The position numbers and the translations under genes were made by a program. DNA of 32,000 nt from the NCBI GenBank assembly GCA_965231145.1, contig OZ246420.1:180001-212000 (forward strand), read 5' to 3'. Origin of the DNA: Candidatus Saccharimonadota bacterium (GTDB taxonomy: Bacteria > Patescibacteriota > Gracilibacteria > Absconditabacterales > Absconditicoccaceae). Positions 27,843-32,000 of this stretch are shown here, piece by piece. Each line of letters begins with the position of its first letter. Position 1 is the stretch's first letter. The notes beneath the pieces are model-generated. The model saw only the letters and a list, made by a program, of their open reading frames with translations, made no database searches and was not told the origin of the DNA.

Positions 27843-27869
27843 GATGTTTGGAATGAGCGCGGATATACT
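27841..27869 (+). promoter_or_regulatory. Sigma70-type promoter
   Basis: TTGATG (27841-27846), a 17-nt spacer, then TATACT (27864-27869). Confidence 0.6.
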
Positions 27870-27968
27870 AGTAAAAAGAGTATTTTATACGTGTATGTAT
27901 GAACAATGGCAAGAACTGCTCCAAATCAGGCCTTACAGTGAATAGAAAGGTCTAAGGAACTCCTGGAT

Positions 27969-30900
27969 ATGAATAACTCTGCTGTCTCTCTTGCGAAAGA
28001 CCAGACTTTCTCATTGCTTATGGCAGGCAATGGTAGTTTTGTCATGAGAGATCATGTTGCTACAGTGCTTCATACCTATGCAACAAGAAGAAGAGCAAAT
28101 ATTGCAGATTTTGGATATACATGGAAGAAACTGACACAGCAGTTGAGTATTAAGGATCAAATTGCCTTCGTTGCGGGAATAACACACGCTCATGATATGG
28201 GAACTACTGCCGCTGCGTCTAAAAATACTATCGATGACGCCGCCCTTACGCAGTCTCTTAATATGCTTATAGAAACTCTTCGTAAAGATCTTATCGAAAA
28301 AGAAAATTTCACTGAGTCTTGGATTATTCGCCATGCAGCATTCAATAACTTTGAAGCGAAGCTTTCTGTTCCAGAACAAAAAACGCTTTCTGCTATTTCA
28401 GAGAAAATGAAAAAACTTGCTGAAACAAGTGATCTACAGCAACTTGCTGACGCCATGCATTTTCAGAAAGAGTCTGATGCGCAGCAGATCGTAAAGATCG
28501 AAGAAGCTATGGCTATCTGTGCAGAACAGGGAATCGATGTCGATGCAAAACTAATCGAGCAATTTGATGTGCTTAAGCAGAAAATTAAACCCATTAGGGA
28601 TCTTGATAAGCACTATAAGCATCTTATGAACACGCTTAATATGGTTCATAGAAATGCAAAGACAGGAATCACTGCTATGGTTACACCTTCGCAGAAGGCT
28701 AAATTGATTAAAGTGTTAGAAGACCTTGGTACAAATGAACAAGCATATATTTTTGATGCAATCGGACAGTCAGAAAATCCTAAGATGCTTGATAGTGAGC
28801 TGCTTACTCTTAAGAAAGATAGTAGAAAATTTGCTGAAGTACTTCGTTCAAACAATATGACAGCAAGAGAGTTTGAAACTCACTTCCTTTCGTATTTCAC
28901 ATTTGTAAATGCTGAAAAAGCAAGAACTGACTTTAATCAGCAGAAAGTAGACACATTTGGTACAAGAATTAAGGCATATGAGACTGATGTGAACGCATGG
29001 AGAGGGCTTGCAAGAGAGAAGATATTTGCGCTTCACGCTAACATGCGTCTTTCCGGAGGAATCATGACTTTTGGTTCAGAAGATGATTATAATATTGCAA
29101 ATAGTTATTTTGAAAAGTTCAAAGATATTTTCTTCGCAGATGAAAGCGATGCAATAGGACCAGATGGAGGACACTACAGACAGATGAGAGATGTTGTTGC
29201 CGCTATTATTAGAAGAAGAATCCCTGCTCTTGGTGCTCCTGGTCAGAGAAGATTTGGAGTTGCTCTTCGTAGAATTATCGCAAGAATGAATGACCCTAGG
29301 CTTTTGAAAGGCTTGGAGCGTTGGTATAAACAGGCTGATGACGCTGAGCTTTTGTCCATGATTATCATGGCTCAAAACGAGTCGACAAATATGATGTTTT
29401 ATAACGACAAAAATCCTTTTGTGAGTACAGAAGGAAGAATGCACAGACTCGCAAAAAATGTAAGTAATGCGGAACTCTGAAGAGAAGCAGTAAGAGATGT
29501 GATCTCAAAGCCTGCGAATACTTTCCTTCGTCTCAGTGAAAGCGCATTGAAAGGAGGTCTCAAGGGTGCAAACAAGGTCTTTTCAAAAACAGGTAGATTT
29601 GCAACATGGGCAACAAGCGGTGTTTTGGGCCCTCTCAATAGAGCAATCGAAGGTAAAAAGGGGAAATGGTATATGATTCCTGGATATGCAGCGTGGCTTG
29701 TGACTCGTCCTATAGAAGAAATTGCAAAACAAGGAAATAGAATTCTTAACTATACTGATGCTGAGGGTAACAAAGCTATCGACAATGCTCAGGCAAACAC
29801 TGTTGCTATGTTGAGAAAGTGATTCAACGATCAGAACATTAACAATGTCTACGAAGGCTTTACACATGCTTTTGAAGGCGTTGCTAGTTTCCTTGGTAAG
29901 ACAACATCTCGCATTGGTCAGGCTGGATACGATAAGATAGATACTAAAAAGAAGAGAGATGTTCTAGGTGCGTTTTTTGAAGCTGCTCAGAAAGAAGAAA
30001 GTCTTACCGAACTTATGCAATCATCAGACCTTGCAAATATGCTCAATCTGAAGGAGAGATGACCTTATATCTTCGATGAAGATGGAAGAGTAACCACGGT
30101 AAATAAGGTTTCAACGAAGAAAGAATATGCAGAAGATGCAGCAGGCGCTCAAGAATATATGAAAGATCAGAGTAAGAAGATGCTTGAAGATATAGATGCT
30201 TCATTTAAGGAATATGCAAGTAGAATAGAAGCCAGCTATGAAGCTAATCAAGATGCGCTTTCTGGCATGACTCCTGCAGATGCAGACTATAACAAAGTGC
30301 AGAAGGAGATCGCGAATATTGCTGTTCGTCAACAGACGCTTGCTGGTAAGCAGACTATTACCAATGAGATGCTCACTGCTATGCAGGCATTTCTACGTAA
30401 TGCAGATGCAAATGCGTTTAATACTGAAATAAAGCGTATTCATGCCGCCATAAGAAAAGAAAAGGAAAAAAGCGATAAGGCTATTTCTGATGCTCAAAAA
30501 ATTATTAAGGCACAAGAAACAATAAAAGCAACATCGAAAAAATCTCTTGATGAAGTAAATGCTAAGCTTGCAAAGCTCAATCCTACCGATAAGGGCTATG
30601 CTACATTAACTGCTGAAAGACTTACTGCGGAGACAGAGAGAAATAATACAAGAGCAGTTTTGAGAAATGCTGAAGATGCGATCCTAACAAGTGTTTCAGC
30701 AAAACAAAAACTTGAAAGAAAGAGAGATAGCAAAGAACAAGAAGTGAAAGAGTTAAAGAAGAAGGCGGAAAGAAAGATAGAGTACAATGATGTTATGGAT
30801 AAGTTAAGTGAGATTGATAAGGATTTGGCTAAGAAAAGAGCAGAACTTGCTAATGTGAGATCTGCAGAAAGAAATGACAATGCAGGATATAATAACAATA

Positions 30901-31592
30901 AAAATAAGGGTAAAAATCAAACTTCTCCAGAAGTTGCTACTCTTACCAAGGCTATCAATGATCTCGAAGCGCAAGAGAGAAGACTACAAAATATCGCATA
31001 CAATGGACTAGCTATCGCAGATGCAGATTATGAAACAGATCTCAAGGCTGCGCAAATAGAGCTCACTGATTTTGAAGATCAAATCACTGACAATGAAACT
31101 CAGCATAAGCAACTCATTAAAGATAAAGATGCTGCTCAGGATGCCTACGACAAAGCTGTTCAGGAACTTGCGAAGATAGATGCTCAGCTTACATCGAAGA
31201 TGTCAGGAGACAAGGGCTATGCAGAACTTATTGCAGATAGAGCTATCCATGAAGCTGCAATTTCTACTGCAGATGCTACTATCTCTACTCAGCAAAAAAT
31301 TATAGACAAAGAAGCTCAGGCTTGAGTAGTTCATTCTGACTTCTATAGAATGTCTACCAGAATGGAAGGATTTGCAAAGAATGCAAAACACAATGTAGAT
31401 ACCAATCTTATTGCAGATCCAGCAACATATATGAAAGAAATCCAAAAACTTCTCGCTGATTTCAATGGTTACATTATTAGTAAGAAGGCAGCTTGATCAT
31501 CAACAGATAAGATTGATCGTATTAAAGCGATTGTTAGCAGAACAGATATAGATGAACAGGTAAAGGCAGATCTTATAGCCAATCTGAAATAA
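27969..31592 (+). CDS. Giant hypothetical coiled-coil protein, 1207 aa (alternative in-frame start ATG 27906)
   Basis: Fragments 27969.., 29499.. and 30159.. share one frame and join through TGA at 29478, 29820, 30060, 31323 and 31494. The stop is TAA at 31590-31592. The C-terminal half is K/E/A/Q-rich with heptad character and repeated DKGYA-x-L and ADADY motifs. Confidence 0.8.
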
Positions 31593-31619
31593 TACATTTA
31601 CTTATCTTTCCATAAGACT

Positions 31620-32000
31620 ATGTCTCTTTGGCGTCGTAATACTACACCACCAGCACTTCCATGAGGAACTCCTAACGGACCTTCTAGAGGAAGACAAGCC
31701 CGAAATAACGTAAAAATGAAAACATCCAATGCTATTGGATCTGTTTTCAATGCTGGGAAAAAAGCTGGGAAAGCAGTTGTGCAGACGGGAAAAGATGTTG
31801 GTAATCGAACAGGAGAAAAATTGACAGATTATAAAAATAAAGATAAAACACGAACTAATGAAGAGCTTGACGCGTATTTGCAGGCTCAGCGTTTAATTAT
31901 AGAAACATATCCTCAGCATGTTACCTTTGAACCTCTCAGATCTCATGGCGTGCTTCAAGGATTTGAATCCAATCAACTTCCTTACAGTTTGCATATTGTT
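31620..32000 (+). CDS. Hypothetical protein (3' partial; runs off the window)
   Basis: From ATG at 31620 the frame stays open to the window edge, with one TGA at 31662-31664. The sequence is MSLWRRNTTPPALP-G-GTPNGPSRGRQARNN... It is absent from the ORF track because of the early TGA and the missing stop. Confidence 0.55.

Noticed and set aside
1-32000. TGA read as Trp (code 4, as in mycoplasmas) instead of Gly.
   Set aside because: The TGA positions I could place in known motifs correspond to conserved Gly. These are the NlpC/P60 YxxGG, the methyltransferase LxxGG, the ABC ..GL, the Wzy_C R..G.f..PN and VirB4. Trp is already abundantly encoded by TGG in the same genes.

Overview
The window reads coherently only under genetic code 25, where TGA encodes Gly. 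Every convincing gene ends in TAA or TAG. In-frame TGA codons sit at positions where the recognised protein families conserve glycine. Neighbouring ORF-track fragments are always in the same frame across a TGA. Code 25 plus roughly 40% GC (by eye) points to a Patescibacteria/CPR genome, either Gracilibacteria or Absconditabacteria (SR1).

Re-joining fragments across TGA gives 23 protein genes and 2 tRNAs.

- Positions 1-5.3 kb: a partial O-antigen-ligase-like gene on the + strand. On the minus strand, an operon of a VirB4-like type IV secretion ATPase, a 330-aa multipass membrane protein, and a 353-aa protein built from three tandem VirB2/TrbC-like pilin modules.
- Positions 5.4-7.1 kb: two paralogous ORFan genes, each with its own near-identical promoter/leader and its own terminator.
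- Positions 7.2-15.4 kb: housekeeping and small genes. These are gatC, fusA, a SAM methyltransferase, bcp, a stand-alone pilin-like gene, rpsP, rpmG, tRNA-Ser, tRNA-Met and an orphan ABC ATPase.
- Positions 15.6-27.7 kb: a four-gene operon of 1533, 1124, 350 and 1002 aa. Only the 350-aa NlpC/P60 cell-wall hydrolase is recognisable.
- Positions 27.9-32.0 kb: a further operon with a 1207-aa coiled-coil ORFan and a partial gene.

The most interesting hypothesis is a dispersed, Gram-positive-style T4SS-like envelope apparatus. Its parts would be VirB4, the pilin modules, and the NlpC/P60 hydrolase beside a ConG/VirB6-like polytopic protein, all associated with giant ORFan proteins.

Intergenic regions carry unusual hairpins built from short repeated words and heptanucleotide arrays. 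Two such arrays lie inside coding sequence. No rRNA, CRISPR array, transposase, integrase, relaxase or coupling protein was seen. All functional calls come from reading motifs by eye; no database search was possible.
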